In this document: positions 24,695-37,896 of the stretch, piece by piece
How positions within the stretch are numbered: position 1 is the stretch's first letter
Layout of the letters: each line of letters begins with the position of its first letter
NCBI RefSeq assembly: GCF_004010195.1
Contig: NC_057720.1
Coordinates: 35,300,771-35,364,770, forward strand
Direction of reading: 5' to 3'
Source: Chiloscyllium plagiosum
Lineage: Eukaryota
DNA: 64,000 bases
The notes under the pieces: model-generated
Seen by the model: the letters and a program-made list of their open reading frames with translations, nothing else
The model's database searches: none
Told to the model about the DNA's origin: nothing
Made by a program: the position numbers and the translations under genes

Positions 24695-25479
24695 GAGTTC
24701 ATGAGTCTAGAATTTCCTCAAAGTGAATTAATGCACCTCTCCATTAATTTGCACTCTCCTGCAGCCTGCAGAAGAAGTTGCATTTTGGATTTCCTATTTC
24801 TACCCATTGTTATGCTTAAGGTTACAGTCACTGCACCAAAACTGATAAAGCACTTCAGCTGCTGGGGCAATAGCACAGCCCATCTCTTTTGGCTCTTGTC
24901 AGTACTGTTGCCATTGGAGCAGATGGCTGGGCACCTTATTATAAGCTCTAATGCTTATTATAAGCGCACCTCCTATAATGCCACTGCATCCTTTGTGGAA
25001 CTGTAGTTTACCTCTCACACAGAGGTGTATGAGAGTAGACTGTACGTGACACACAAACCATATTGTCCAGCAATCTTGCCCAAATGTAGCATTCATTGGA
25101 TTCTAGAGTTTCGATGGCCACTGGAGTTTTGAGTAACTTTGAAAAATCTGGTGGCAGACTTTCTGGTACGAAGGCCTGACTGCAGCAGCCATGGAGATGA
25201 CTCACCATCATTGTAGACTGGGCTGGTCACAGATGGCCTTCGCTGAAGTAAGCTGCAATCGCATTCCTTTATACTTTCGCACATGGTGCAACAACCCTTT
25301 GCAGGCTTTCCAAAGCATTATGTATTTGTGTATGTGCCAAAAAAAATTTTCTTTTGGGTCGGTATTAAGGTCCCTGATCACAGTTTGGAGGTATCATCGC
25401 TCTCCATTGAACCAATTGCTGGCCTTTCCCTCCAGCACAACCTGTTTCTACTCATTCCTGCTACATCCTTTTAGCTTAC

Positions 25480-25557
25480 CTCAGTTTCTGTACTGGAGGG
25501 AGAGCATGATGTTTCATCCTTACAGGCATACTAGGCATCCCAAATGCTGAGAAAGAT
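25480..25557 (-). other. Candidate 78-bp internal exon (unknown gene or lncRNA)
   Basis: Minus strand: CTAAC branch point, TCCTTTTCCCTTTCTCTTTGCTAG acceptor, GAG|GTAAGC donor; one open frame (SFSAFGMPSMPVRMKHHALPPVQKL). Confidence 0.35.
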
Positions 25558-25589
25558 CTAGCAAAGAGAAAGGGAAAAGGAGTTAGGCA

Positions 25590-25950
25590 TTAGCTTGGCC
25601 CAGGAGCAGTGCATTTGAATCTAAATCATAAACTTGAGTTTTAATTCCACTCCATGGACTTGACTGTGATCCTTGAAGGATTCATGCACTGTTAGAGGTG
25701 CCATTCTTCAGTTGAGCTGTTAAACAGACATCCTGTCTGCCCACTCAGGTGACTATAAAATATCTCTGACACCACTTGAAGAGGAGCCAATGTTTATCTG
25801 TCAGCATGAAAAATGGGTAAGCTGGTCAGTTGTTTCATTACTGTAGAACCTTGGTGTGTGTAAATTGGCTGTTGCTACACTGCAAAAACAGCAACATTTT
25901 AAAGTTAAGTTAGTTGATTCATGCTAATCTCATGAAAGGCACAAAATAAA
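25590..25950 (+). mobile_element. Old Deu-domain SINE (SacSINE1/AmnSINE-like)
   Basis: GCACTGTTAGAGGTGCCATTCTTCAGTTGAGCTGTTAAAC...TGTCTGCCCACTCAGGTG...AAATTGGCTG. Related decayed pieces at ~19800-19930, 30640-30815, 32470-32730 and 52490-52650. Confidence 0.65.
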
Positions 25951-27274
25951 TATAACAGGTGAATAACCTCACAATCCAGCAGAAAGTGTTCAAGCTGGTT
26001 GAATTTATAATTTGTAATTAGTTATTTATAATAAGTAATGGTTTCATGCAGTAGGTACAATAAAGCCCTAAATTTTGTAAAATGCAATGTTTTTTATCCA
26101 TGCTGCATTGGAGACTTGTGAGCTTCTCCTGGCCAGGAAACACATCTAGCACACTGCTCTTAAATACTTGCAACTATAGTTTTCTCCCCAAACAGATGTA
26201 ATTTCCAGATTCAGTGAAATGTTTGAAAGGTTTCACTAGCTCCTTCTGAAATAGGCTTTGTCATTTAATGTTATCTCATGCTCTTGGATCGATCAAAATG
26301 AAAGTATTAGAAAGAATGTTATTAGCTTTAACGAGTGACTGCCATTTCCTTTAGGAACCCATGATCAGGCTGCTCAAAGCTTGGAACCTCTAGACAGAAC
26401 CTGTATGTTGCAAGCCCTTTCTATTTGCTGACACAATTCCCTTGGTAATATTCTGCAATTATTATCAGGACCTTCATTTATAAATGCAAAGATCAGACAC
26501 AAAATATTACAAATCACATTTGGTGTTTCCCCCCAAAGCCCCTAAAACTACTTTATACAAGATATTCTTATTTCATCTCACTTCTAATTATTAATATCCC
26601 TTTAAGTGGAGATAAGTACATAATAATAGGAGAGCAAATGATTGTGTTAGCAATTCTGACAATAGCAAGTTGTAATATATCAGAATATCAACATCCCAAA
26701 GAGAATTTAAATAAAGTTACTTTTGCAGTGAAATCTTCATAAGGCAGATTTGAGCTCCTTTTACCATATGGTTATATTGCCATCTAGTGACTTCAATGAA
26801 TATCCCAATTGTTAACCTAACCATTTCAGGGCTGAAATAAAAACTTCTTGTTCCTGTTCAATTGGTGTAAAATGCACGCTGACGGCTAATTTTGGAGACC
26901 ACATTTCATCCCCAAAGGAATCTGAAATACATCTGATTCAAAATTGGGGCAGGCGATTTCACAGTTATCCCTGGTGCCTGCCAAAACAAGAACTGCTATG
27001 TAAATGAAAGGCTAGCCCCAGTTTAGGCAATTTGGAAATTGTACAGCAGAACACGAGCCGTGCCTGCCCAGTTTGTTTAAGGGTTTTTATTGAAGCAATG
27101 CTGTAGAGATGAAAGACGTAGGAGTTATTGCCAGATCTGCAGTTTACTGCCTCCGTTGCTGGCCTCCTCTCAATCCACATAAACAACCTTGAAAAATAAA
27201 TGATTGAATAAAATAATTAGCTAGTCAATTATAACACGTTGAAGATGGGAGGACAGGCCAGGTGTTATGGTTGT

Positions 27275-27662
27275 AGACAATAGACAATAGGTGCAGAATT
27301 GGCCATTCTGCCCTTCGAGTCTGCACCACCATTCATTATGATCATGGCTGATCATCCTCAATCAGTATCCTGTTCCTGCTTTCTCTCCATAACCCTTGAT
27401 TCCACTATCCTTGAGAGCTCTATCCAACTCTTTCTTAAATGAATCCAGAGATTGGGCCTCCACTGCCCTCAGGGGCAGAGCATTCCACACACCCACCACT
27501 CTCTGGGTGAAGAGGTTTCTCCTCATCTCTGTCCTAAATGGCCTACCCCTTATTTTTAAGCTGTGTCCTCTGGTTCGGGATTCACCCATCAGCGGAAACA
27601 TGTTTCCTGCCTCCAGAGTGTCCAATCCTTTAATAATCTTATATGTCTCAATTAGATCCCCT
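27275..27662 (-). mobile_element. Young CR1 3'-end fragment
   Basis: ORF 27362-27676(-): GDLIETYKIIKGLD...FTQRVVGVWNALP, uninterrupted; (TAGACAA)n tail on the plus strand at 27274-27290. Confidence 0.92.
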
Positions 27663-28586
27663 TCACTAGGAAGCACTCAGACTCCGACGATGGGTTTCCT
27701 TATTCGATCAATGGTTAGGGACAGGGGAGTAGCTTAAACAGGAAACGCAACAGAGAGATCAGCTTTGCAGTAAATTCAGCTTTTCCAAATGTCTACCGGG
27801 CATTATAATCAGGTGAGGAGGGCGGATTATAACCAACTCTCTCAGTTGGTTGTGGCAATTTTTTTTACAGCACGTAACTATGGACACTTGAATGAAAACC
27901 TAGGTAGTTTGATCAAATTGATGGAGCCTGTTCCAAAGTTTTTTTAATTTAAAGAAAGAGCAATTTTATTATCCATTACCCCAAAAAGATAGTGAATTGT
28001 GACATCAATATATAAGCAAACACAGGTAATATGCTAAAAAGGAAGTGGGCATGGTGTCTATATAGACTTGAAGGTAAAGGTAGATGAAGCTAAATGTCTT
28101 AAAGTACTTGAGTTCTAAGATTGATATCAAAGTCCCAACTGTTTAGATGTTGTTTCCCCTTTAGTGGCAAGCCAGGTGGATAATCTTGATTTCTTAGTGA
28201 ATGATATTTTTTGTCAATTTGCCTTTTCACTAATGCCAGCTTCTGAGATTAAGAGAAAGAGGGAAAGAATTTTCAATATCCTTGCTGTTCTCATTCACTG
28301 TTGCTTTTTCCCTCTGGTGTTCAAAAGCAAGCTATTGAAACATGGTTTAAGTGTTTTTTTCAAATTGATTCCGCCACAAGTAACCCTTCATCTTCCAATA
28401 TGTGAATTTGTCATGCAAATATGATTAAAACCAATGCCAGGACCAGAAGCATCACAAAGATTCTGCATTAATTAACATTAAATTAACAAAAGCCGATTCA
28501 TGCCTTAAACTGTGATTGAATTATTCTGTTGAATCAGTTGGATAAAGCTGATCATTCACAAAAATCAACTTGCTAAAGGGGAATTA

Positions 28587-28803
28587 GAATCATAGAACCA
28601 TAGAATCCTGACAGTGTAGAAACAGGCCATTCAGCCCACCAAGTGTGAACCAACCTTCTGAAGAACATCCCACCCAAATCCACCCCCATACTCTATCCCT
28701 CTAATGACACATTTCCCATGGCCAATCCACCTAGCCTGCACATCCATGGACACTCTAGGCAAATTTAGGACAGCAATCCACCTAACCTGCACACTTTTGG
28801 ACT
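28587..28803 (-). mobile_element. HE1 SINE 3' part
   Basis: Matches the tail half of the other HE1 copies (CCACCTAACCTGCACA, AAACAGGCC). Confidence 0.8.
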
Positions 28804-28829
28804 TTTTGCAAGCTCCTTTAACCAAGAGA

Positions 28830-29490
28830 GTTAAAAGAATCTTAACCTTTGTTACACTGGGTGGACTTTAGTCATACAATTTGGAATGAAAAAAAACACT
28901 AGCAATGTTTCAATAATTAACCAATAATGTAATCAAAAGTCTTTGTAGCTGTGCAGTTTACATGGATAATTTGGTTGTTTTTAGCCAAACCTTGGAATAA
29001 CATTTCCAACATCTGATGGAATGGCATGATTGGCTATAAAATGTCAATTTGGTTATATTTTGGCTAAGAATGAATTTGCTCAGGCCAAGGTGACTTATTT
29101 AGGCCATACTGTGGGGCAAGGCTAAGTTGCACCAAGATATTGAAAAGTACAGGCTATTTTGGACTTTCTCATGTCTAAAACAAATTGTGAAATTTTACAT
29201 TATGTTGACTTGAGTGGATCTTGTCATTGGTTTATTCAAAACTTCAGCACTGTTGTTGCATCCCAAACAAACTTGTTGTAAAAGGGCAGAAAATTTAGAT
29301 TGACATGCATGTCAAACTGCCTTTGAAAGATTGAAAGCTATAATAATCGTGGCAGCAGTTTTAGCATTACCAAACTGGGCAAAGCAATTCAAACTGGCCA
29401 TTGATGCTAATGACATCAATGTGGGCAGTTTTACAGTACGAAGATGAGATGGCGATTGAACCTGCCAGTGAGATAGTTTTCATGAGAAAA
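28830..29490 (+). mobile_element. Gypsy/Ty3 pol fragment (RT-RNase H), decayed
   Basis: AVYMDNLVVF, AKNEFAQAKVTYLGHTVGQG, FIQNFSTVVA, CQTAFERLKA, FKLAIDAND motifs with stops and frameshifts. Confidence 0.8.
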
Positions 29491-31544
29491 AGAAGGCCAC
29501 GCACAAGTCAGCCCCAATAAATTACCCATGCAAGAAAGAAAAACTCAATAGTCTACACTCTTACATAAATAATTTCTGCAAAAGTGTGGTAACCACAGAA
29601 AATATTTTCCATTTATGGGGAATAGCACGGCTCAAGCTCACCAGGGACAGATTCTTATTGAGAAACTGGGGTCTTGTTGCTGGTTATAGAGCCAGCGAGT
29701 GAACCCTGCTGCCTTTCCAGGGGAGGCCCACTGAACCACAATCAAACAGACACTCCTGAAAACAAGACCCTGGAGTGCGGGAGGCGAAGGGGTTTTGGGG
29801 GGTGTGGGATGTGAGGATGGCAGAAGTGCTCCGTATTGAAAGCTGCTGGCCTAACCAAAGGTCTACATCTCTTGCATGCTCCAACATCCATAGAAAAAGC
29901 ATGGCCTCTGGTGGAAGGGCACCAACAAATCAAAAAGGATGCAGGGCAATGGCTAACAAAGTGTCTGGGAGCAGGAGAGAGCTGTGTTCTCAGCTGGAGT
30001 TTGTGAGGACAAGGAGCAGAAGCAACGAAGGTTCCTAGAATTCCCTCTGCTCAATATCTAGTCCCTCGATTGAGTACTGATTGCCTTTGATTTCCATTTC
30101 CCCCCGCCAAGGTGAAATTTTTTCCATTAAATAGCAGCTTTCAGTATTGCAGTTTGGAAAATGGCCTGGAGGTTTGATACCAGTGATAGCGGAATGAGGC
30201 CATTCAGAAGTCCATAGTTGGTCAAAGTCTTGAACTAACAATAGGAGCAGAAGGTCAGCCCTGGGCCTTCATGCACAGAATTAAATTCTGGTGGAACCAG
30301 GTAGGCAGCACGGCTTGGGTATATCACCAATTTTTCCTGCCTCCAAGTTGACATCTCTAGAAGCAGAGAATACAAGTAGAGAATTCAGATGAGAACTCTT
30401 CACCACAAAATGATGAGAATGTGGAGCCCAGGGAGTAATTAAGGTGAAAAATATAGTTACATTTAAAGGGAATTCAGGTAAGCATGAAGGAACAGGGTAG
30501 AGAAGGTTTTTCTGTTAGAGTTTAAATGAGGAAAGATAGGTTGTGCTTAACTGAAACATAAACAGCTGGAAGGACTGATTGGGCCAAGGGTTTGCTTCTG
30601 TGCTTTATATTCCAAGTAATTTTATGTAACATTCCTTTCTCAACTGACTTTGCCAAAAAAATGATTAACTGGTCATTCATCTCATCTGCTGTCTATGGGA
30701 TCTTACATTAAGCAAGTGACAGTCACATTTGCCACAAACGAAAATCATTGATGGTATAGCTCTTTCAGATGTCCTATGAACATTATGCAAAACTATATAA
30801 ATGCAAATTCTTTCCATTTCTTTTTACTCCAATAGTGACAGATGTTTTTTTTAAACTCACCAAGGTCATTTCTCAGATTGCAGCAGTTTTCTCAGCTCTA
30901 ATTCAAACCTGAGAGCAGACAGGCTCATTCTAGCAGAGAAATTTAATTTTTTTACTGCAGAATCCATAAGGCACTCAATGTTACCTAGAAAGGAGATTAC
31001 AGCCTGTCTGTCCTTTAATTATGGAGATGGACCATCTTAGTTCAGTCATGATTGTAAGACCCAGACTAGGATAAGTAGCCACATTAATACTGGTGACGTG
31101 ACTGGCTCCATTTTGAAATGGAATGGTTGTTGGACATCCATAAAAGCCGTCAGTCTCAGGTTATAGGCCTCTTTTAATATGGATCAGACTTCAAGATCTG
31201 ATTGCCATTTTTCATCTGTGCCATGCACACTCCAGCAATTCCATGAGCAATGGAACCAAAAGGCCCAGTGAAATTGACAAGTACCTCTGATGGCCTCGGA
31301 AATAATCTGAGCTACTGTTATCTACTGCTCAGAATTCCCCTGACCCACCTATCTAAGTTACCCACTGCCAGCCTGCCCTGGCACAGCCCTGCCTGGCAAT
31401 CGGTGAGCCATTTCATGAGCTATCCTATTTGGTCTCCTGCAGTTCTCCTAACAAATTTAAATTTGGCCCAGCCCTCATTGGGGTTTCTTCACCACAAGAA
31501 CGAACATTCAACCAATCTACTCCACCAGCCAATCACACAAAAGC

Positions 31545-31690
31545 CATGGTAGTTCACTGATGTCCTTTGGGAAGGGAACTGCCATCCCTACCTGGTCTGG
31601 CATACACATAACTCCTAATCCATAGTGTGCAGTTGACTTTTAACTGCCCTCTGGCCTAGCCAGTGATGCCCTCATCCCATAAATGAATGA
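31545..31690 (+). mobile_element. SINE-like fragment joining the 5' UTR and 3' tail of the tRNA-headed LINE
   Basis: 31545-31652 aligns to ~20620-20730; 31653-31690 aligns to ~23615-23652. A minus-strand head copy lies at ~52780-53045. Confidence 0.6.
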
Positions 31691-32734
31691 AAAAAAAATA
31701 CAAAGACAGAAAATGGGATTTACAAACAGAAACATTGCAATGACAGAGCACAAAAATGGCTATGGCCTACATTGTACTGTTTCTTGATTCAAAGTAATTG
31801 AATCAAGAGGTGTCAAAAAATGGACCTTAGAAGCCCAAATTTGACTTGTGGCTATCATAGAAAATATTTCCAATTTTTTTTGTGGCCTTTGTTAGGAAAT
31901 ATCGTCAGTAATTTCAACGAACAGAGGGGACAGCACAGTATTTGCCGCTGCATCACCATTTTAGTGATAGGCGGATCTGACCTCGCATCTTATTCATTCT
32001 GTCAGTCCAAAAGCCATCCTGCATGTTTCCCAGATATGACAGACAGAGGAAACACGAGGCTTTTCTTTGCGAACAGTAATCTGGAGGCCCCTAGTGGATG
32101 GTTTGGGCAGTGGTGGGACATCCTCTTCATCCAGCACCAGCAGAGGGGGCCCTGACACTGAACCATATCAGTCTGTTCTGCAAGTATTTGGCTTTTCACA
32201 ATGAAAGAGAACTTCTTGGATTTTCTGATACCCTCATCATTCGTAATCTTGAATGAGATGCAATAGCATGAAGGAAAACGTCAAAAGTTGCAGAAACCCC
32301 TGGATGTCTAAATAATACCCAAACATTAGATGTGCTGCTAAAGAACCAAGTGCCATCTGATAGGCTTGCAAATGAAACAATGCCTACTGATTTTTTTTTT
32401 GCAATGACTGCTCTCATTGAACTGATTGAATTTTACTGCAACAGTAAAAGACATTCTCAGTTGACATTTAAAAACAGTACTGAAGGAGTGCTGTGCTGTC
32501 AATATTTAAACTGTGACATTAAACCAAAGTGCAGTCTTATCCAGGATAAAAGATTCCATGATCATAATTGAGAAAGTACATGTTCAGGTTTTGGCCAACA
32601 TCCATTATTCCAGCAAGATTACTAATACAATTTAAATATTCTTTTTTTTTCTGGATGTTTTCTAGACCATGCTTTTTTGCAAATAGGCTGTCAGAATTCT
32701 CTAGATTGCAGCAGTAACTTTCAAAAATGAAAGA

Positions 32735-33070
32735 CTGTGGTGCAGTGGTAGTGTCCCTACCTCTGAATTGGAGTCTCCGTGCTTCAGTTCCACCTCAGGA
32801 TTTGATAGTTACAGAATTTATTCCATAATGCGGCAACACAGGTTGAATATTCATCTGTACCCCTTCCTGACCAGCCAAAGCCACATGGGAGCTGCAGCAC
32901 AACTGTCTTCCAAGACTGTCTTCCAACTGTCTTCCAATAATGGATTCCAAGTACAGATCCCAGCCATTAGCAAGTGTCATCCTCATTCCGAGAGACCACT
33001 GCACACACTTCAAGAGACCTTTGGCTGGGAGGCACTTTGAGTATCTTTGTGCAGATAAAAGGCACCAGGA
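32735..33070 (+). mobile_element. Old tRNA-derived SINE, family uncertain
   Basis: TGTGGTGCAGTGGTAGTGTCCCTACCTCTGA head with B-box-like TTCAGTTCCAC; L2-like tail GGCACTTTGAG...GATAAAAGGCAC; internal triple ACTGTCTTCCA. Confidence 0.45.
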
Positions 33071-33234
33071 AAATAAAGTTTGATCCTTCTCTCTATCTAT
33101 GAATAAATCTGCATATATTTCAGAGTGATAAAAAAGTATCTGAAATAATAGATTGATATCATCCTTAAAAGTGATATTTTTGTATAGTGAGTGTCTAAAA
33201 TATAAATTCAAAGATGATAGGTTCAATTTGAAAT

Positions 33235-33481
33235 GGCACAGTAGCTCAGTGATTGTTAATGCAGCCTCACAGTGCCAGGGACCTGGGTTCGATTCCAGCC
33301 TCGGGCGACTGTCTTTGTGGAGTTTGCACAATCTCCCTGTGTCTGCGTGAGTTTCCTCCGGGTGCTCCGGTTTCCTCCCACAGTCCAATGGGAAATTGGT
33401 CTGGGTGGATTACTCTTCGGAGGGTCGGTGTGGACTGGTTGGGCCTAAGGGCCTACTTCCACACTGTAGGGAATCTAATCA
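33235..33481 (+). mobile_element. HE1 V-SINE (internally deleted)
   Basis: Head, B box GGTTCGATTCC, V domain, tail GGGAATCTAATC. Confidence 0.88.
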
Positions 33482-33603
33482 AAATATTCCCGAAATCCTT
33501 CATTAACCAGCAGTTGCCAGTAACATACCATTCCAGAATTCTGCTGGAGGGAAGTTGGCTCCCAGTATCATTATCGGTATCAGGATTTCCAGCTTCTCTG
33601 AAA

Positions 33604-33938
33604 TTAGATTAGATTCCCGACAGTGTGGAAACAGGCCCTTTGGCTCAACAAATCTACACTGACCCTCCGAAAAAAACCTACCCACAATCATTGCCCTACC
33701 CTATACTGTATTTACCTCTGACTAATGCACCTAACACTACGGGCAATTTAGCATGGCCAATTCACCTGACCTGCTCATCTTTGGACTGTGGGAGGAATCC
33801 GGAGCACCTGGAGGAATCCCACACATACACGGGGAGAATGTGCAAACTCCACACAGACAGTCACCCAAGGCTGGAATCGAACTTGGGTTCCTGGCGCTGT
33901 GAGGCAGCAGTGCTAACCACTGAGCCACCGTGCCACCC
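33604..33938 (-). mobile_element. HE1 V-SINE
   Basis: Complete reverse-complement copy. Confidence 0.9.
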
Positions 33939-34079
33939 TATGTTTCAGAATTCGCCAGAATGAGGCAGAAACTGGGCTTTTGGGAGGACTGCTCCTTCTC
34001 CAATGCAGGTAAAAACCTTGTCATCAGGTGTGAGGTCTCAGGCGGGGGGTGGTGATGGGAAGAACATAATCAATGTCGC

Positions 34080-35060
34080 CCTCATCCTGATTGCCAATTT
34101 TGTCTGTAGCTGCGTCAAGTTGTGTGTAGACCTTCCGTATGCAAATACCAAGTATTACTACATACTGAGTTTCTACCTGTCCTGAGTATTGCGAAGGATG
34201 AGTCTGGCCTCATTGCAATGGAATGCTCTAAGTCATTGGACTGTTCTGTACCACCTGACCTTCATGGAGAAACTTGTACCTTTGGCCACAAGTCCACCAA
34301 GAAGTGGTCAGCACGTAGCATCCTCTAGTCCCTATGGGAAAATAAGAGGGTATATTCTGTCATGTTGTTCCATGAGTAGACTGTCAAGTTATTTGGCAGA
34401 ATGCCACATCAGCAGAACTTTCTGACAAGCACCAAGATATTGTTTGGTTGGTATGAGGAGGGCACAGCCTATGACATCCTTCATGTACACTTGGACTCCC
34501 TCCACCACCACACACTGCCCTCAAGGAGGCTGCAAGGGGGTAAAGATTGTCACATCTTCTTCTGGAATGTGTCACTACAAAGAAAGTCTGGAGAAAGACG
34601 CAATGGAGTTTTGTCAAGGTTCGTACCAAACAGCTTTGTGCTCTACGGTCTGTTCCCCAGGACGCACACTGAGACAAACATCGACTGTGCCTGGAGGGCC
34701 ATCAACTCAGTGAAAGATGTTCTTTGGTCTGCCTGAAACTTGTTCATCTTCCAGAGTAAGAGGTTGACCTTGACTGAATGTTGGCACATTCCAAGGTCCA
34801 GGACTATGTGCTGAAGGAAGCACTAAAATTTGGGACAGCTGCTGCCAAGGCGCAGTGGGGAAAGACCACAGTCTAATATCTTTCTGCCAAAGTACAATGG
34901 GGGGTGGGGGGAGGTCTGTTCATTTATTGGAGACTCCAATACATCAAATATAAGTAAATAAAGTCTTGTATAAGTAGAAATATCCTTGGTTTGTTGGTTC
35001 TCCATATGTAAAACTATACAGAATTGAACTGCTCTCGTGACTATGTATTTATATAAAGAT
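34080..35060 (+). mobile_element. Tx1/L1-clade LINE 3' fragment
   Basis: QDIVWLV, CPQGGCKG...VTH...EC zinc knuckle, LYGLFPRTHTETNIDCAWRAINSVKDVLWSA; AT-rich 3' end with AATAAA. Confidence 0.7.
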
Positions 35061-35720
35061 TTTTTATAAATAAAGATTTTGTAAGTACAAAACATTCCTT
35101 AAGGAGTTGGATATGTGGTCAAACCACTCCAGGAAACAAAGCTCCATGGGTCCTGAAGTGAGGAGGTAAGGTCTACATGAGATATCGGGCTTTGAATTCT
35201 GGCAGAGTGTCTGTCCTGTTGACTCCAGACTATCAGCCAGAGGTCTTATTGATCAAGGAGCCTATGCCAGGTTATTTGCTCCAACTCACTATCTATTTGG
35301 GGGATAGAGCTTCAATTCATGAATGTTCATGCTCCTTGAGCTGGTCCACAGCAAACGAACTTCTTTGAAGAAGCACCCATTCTGCTTCACCAATTCAGGT
35401 GATTGCAGCTGCTTTGGAGGATTGTAACTGCAAAGCTGAGGTAAAAGATCCTGGTGGTACCTAACTCCATTCAGCATCAGGAAGGAAGCTGAAGGACTTG
35501 ATTAAGACCTTGAACTTGATGGACATCTGGTGACATCTCCACCCTGACTCCATCCCTGTCACTTTTATGAGGCCCAGAGCCCAAACATCCAGAATTGACA
35601 ACCTTCACATTTCAAAAGCTTGGATTTCCTACAATTTTAGTAACTTCTTTCTGTGTGGTAGGTGCCAGGCTCAGACCTCAGTAAGCAAGACTGATTACAT
35701 AGAAAGTTACAGCACAGAAC

Positions 35721-36030
35721 ACGGCACGGTGGCACTGTGGTTAGCACTGCTGCCTGACAGTGCCAGAGACCTGGGTTCAATTCCCGCCTCAGGCAACTGT
35801 CTGTGTGGAGTTTGCACATTCTCCCTGTGTCTGCTTGGGTTTCCTCCGTGTGCTCCAGTTTCCTCCCACAGTCCAAAAATGTGCAGGTCAGGTGAATTGG
35901 CCATGCTAAATCGCCCAGAGTGTTATGTGAAGGGGTAAATGTAGGGGAATGGGTCAGGGTGGGTTGCTCTTCAAAGGGTCGGTGTGGACTTGTTGGGTGG
36001 AAGGGCCTGTTTCCACACTGTAAGTAATCT
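35721..36030 (+). mobile_element. HE1 V-SINE
   Basis: Full head, V domain and tail. Confidence 0.9.
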
Positions 36031-36635
36031 AAACAGACCCACGATGTTGTGCCGAGGATTATTCCTAATGTAAAATAAAATAACTTAACCTACGCACCCC
36101 TCAATTCACTGCTAACCATGTGCATGTCCAGCAGTCACTTAAGTGTCCCTAATGACTCCACCACCACCGCTGGCAACGCATCCCATGCATTCACAACTCT
36201 CTGGGTAAAGAACCTTCCTCTGACGTCCCCTCTATATCTTTCTCTTAATATCTTAAAACTATGACCCCTCGTGCCAGTCAATCCTGCCCTGGGGAAAAGT
36301 GTCTGGCTATTGACTATATCTATGCCTCTCATTATTTTGTACACCTCAATCAGGTCACCTCTCTTCCTCCTTCTCTCCAGAGAGAAAAGTGTGAGCTTAG
36401 TCAACCTCTCTTCATAAGGCAAGCCCTCCAGTCCTGGTAAACCTTCTTTGCACCCTCTCCAAAGCCTCTGTATCTTGCTTATAGTAGGGTGACCAGAACT
36501 GGACACAATATTCCAAGTGTGGTCTCACCAGGGTCTTGTAGAGCTGTAGAAAAACCCCACAGCTCTTAAACTCAATCCCCCTGTTAATAAAAGCCAAAAC
36601 ACCATATACTTTCTTAACAACCCTATCCACTTGGG

Positions 36636-36770
36636 CGAGAAAGTGAGGACTGCAGATGCTGGAGATCAGAGCTGAAAATGTGTTGCTGGAAAAGCGCAGC
36701 AGGTCAGGCAGCATCCAAGGAGTAGGAGAATTGAGGTTTCGGGAATGAGCCCTTCTTCAGGAATGAGTTG
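36636..36770 (-). mobile_element. Family-A hammerhead mini-element (135 bp) with 9-bp TSD
   Basis: Minus strand CTGAAGA A GGG CTCATT CCC GAAA CCTC; TSD CCACTTGGG at 36627-36635 and 36771-36779. Confidence 0.9.
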
Positions 36771-37896
36771 CCACTTGGGTGGCAACTTTGAGGGATCTAT
36801 GCACTTGAACACCAAGATCCCTCTGTTCCTCCACTCTCCCAAGAATCCTGTCTTTAATCCCATATTAAGCATTCAAGTTCGACCTTCCAAAATGCATCAC
36901 TTCGCATTTATCAGGTTAAACTCCATCTGCCATTTCTCAGCCCAGCTTTGCATCCTGTCTATGTCGCGCTGCAGCCTGCAATAGCCCTCGATAATATCAA
37001 TGGCACCTCCAACCTTTGTATCATCTGCAAATTTACTAACCCACCCCTCAACCTCCTCATCTAAGTCATTTATAAAAACTACAAAGAGCAGAGGCCCAAG
37101 AACAGAGCCCTGCGGGACCCCACTCAACACTGACCTCTGGGCAGAATACTTTCCATCTACAACCACTCTCTGCCTTCTGTCAGCCAACCAATTCTGAATC
37201 CAGATAGCCAAATCTCTCTGTATCCCATACTTCCTGACTTTATGAATGAGCTTACCATGGGGAACCTTATTAAATGTCTTGCTGAAGTCCATATACACCA
37301 CATCCACTGCTCGACCTTTGTCAACCTGTTTTGTCACCTCCTCAAAGAACTCAATAAGAATTGTAGGCATGACCTGCCTTCACAAAGCCATGCTGACTGC
37401 CTTTAATCATGCCATGTTTTTCCAAATAGTCATAAATCCTATTCCTCAGAATTCTTTCCAAAACTTTGCTGAACATAGACATAAGCCTGACTGGTCTGTA
37501 ATTGCCAGAGATTTCCCTATTCCCTTTGTTGAAAAGGGGAACAACATTCGCCTCCTTCCAATCCTCCGGTACGACTCTGTGGAGAATGAGGAAACAAAAA
37601 TCTTCGCTAGCAGCTTAGCAACCTCCTTTCTCACTTCCCGGAGCAGCCTGGGGTAAATCTGGTCTGGCCCTGGGGACTTATTAATCTTAATGTTTGCCAA
37701 AATTTCCAGCACATCAACTTCATCAATCTTGATCTGCTCAAGCCTGTATCCCAGCTCCTCAAAGTTCTCCTTTACACCAAGGTCCCTTTCCTTAGTGAAA
37801 ATCAAAGCAAAAAACTCATTTAGGGCTTCGCCTATCTGCTCAGACTCCACGCACAAGTTCCCTCTGTTACCGCTGGTCAGCCCTACCTTCTCCCTG

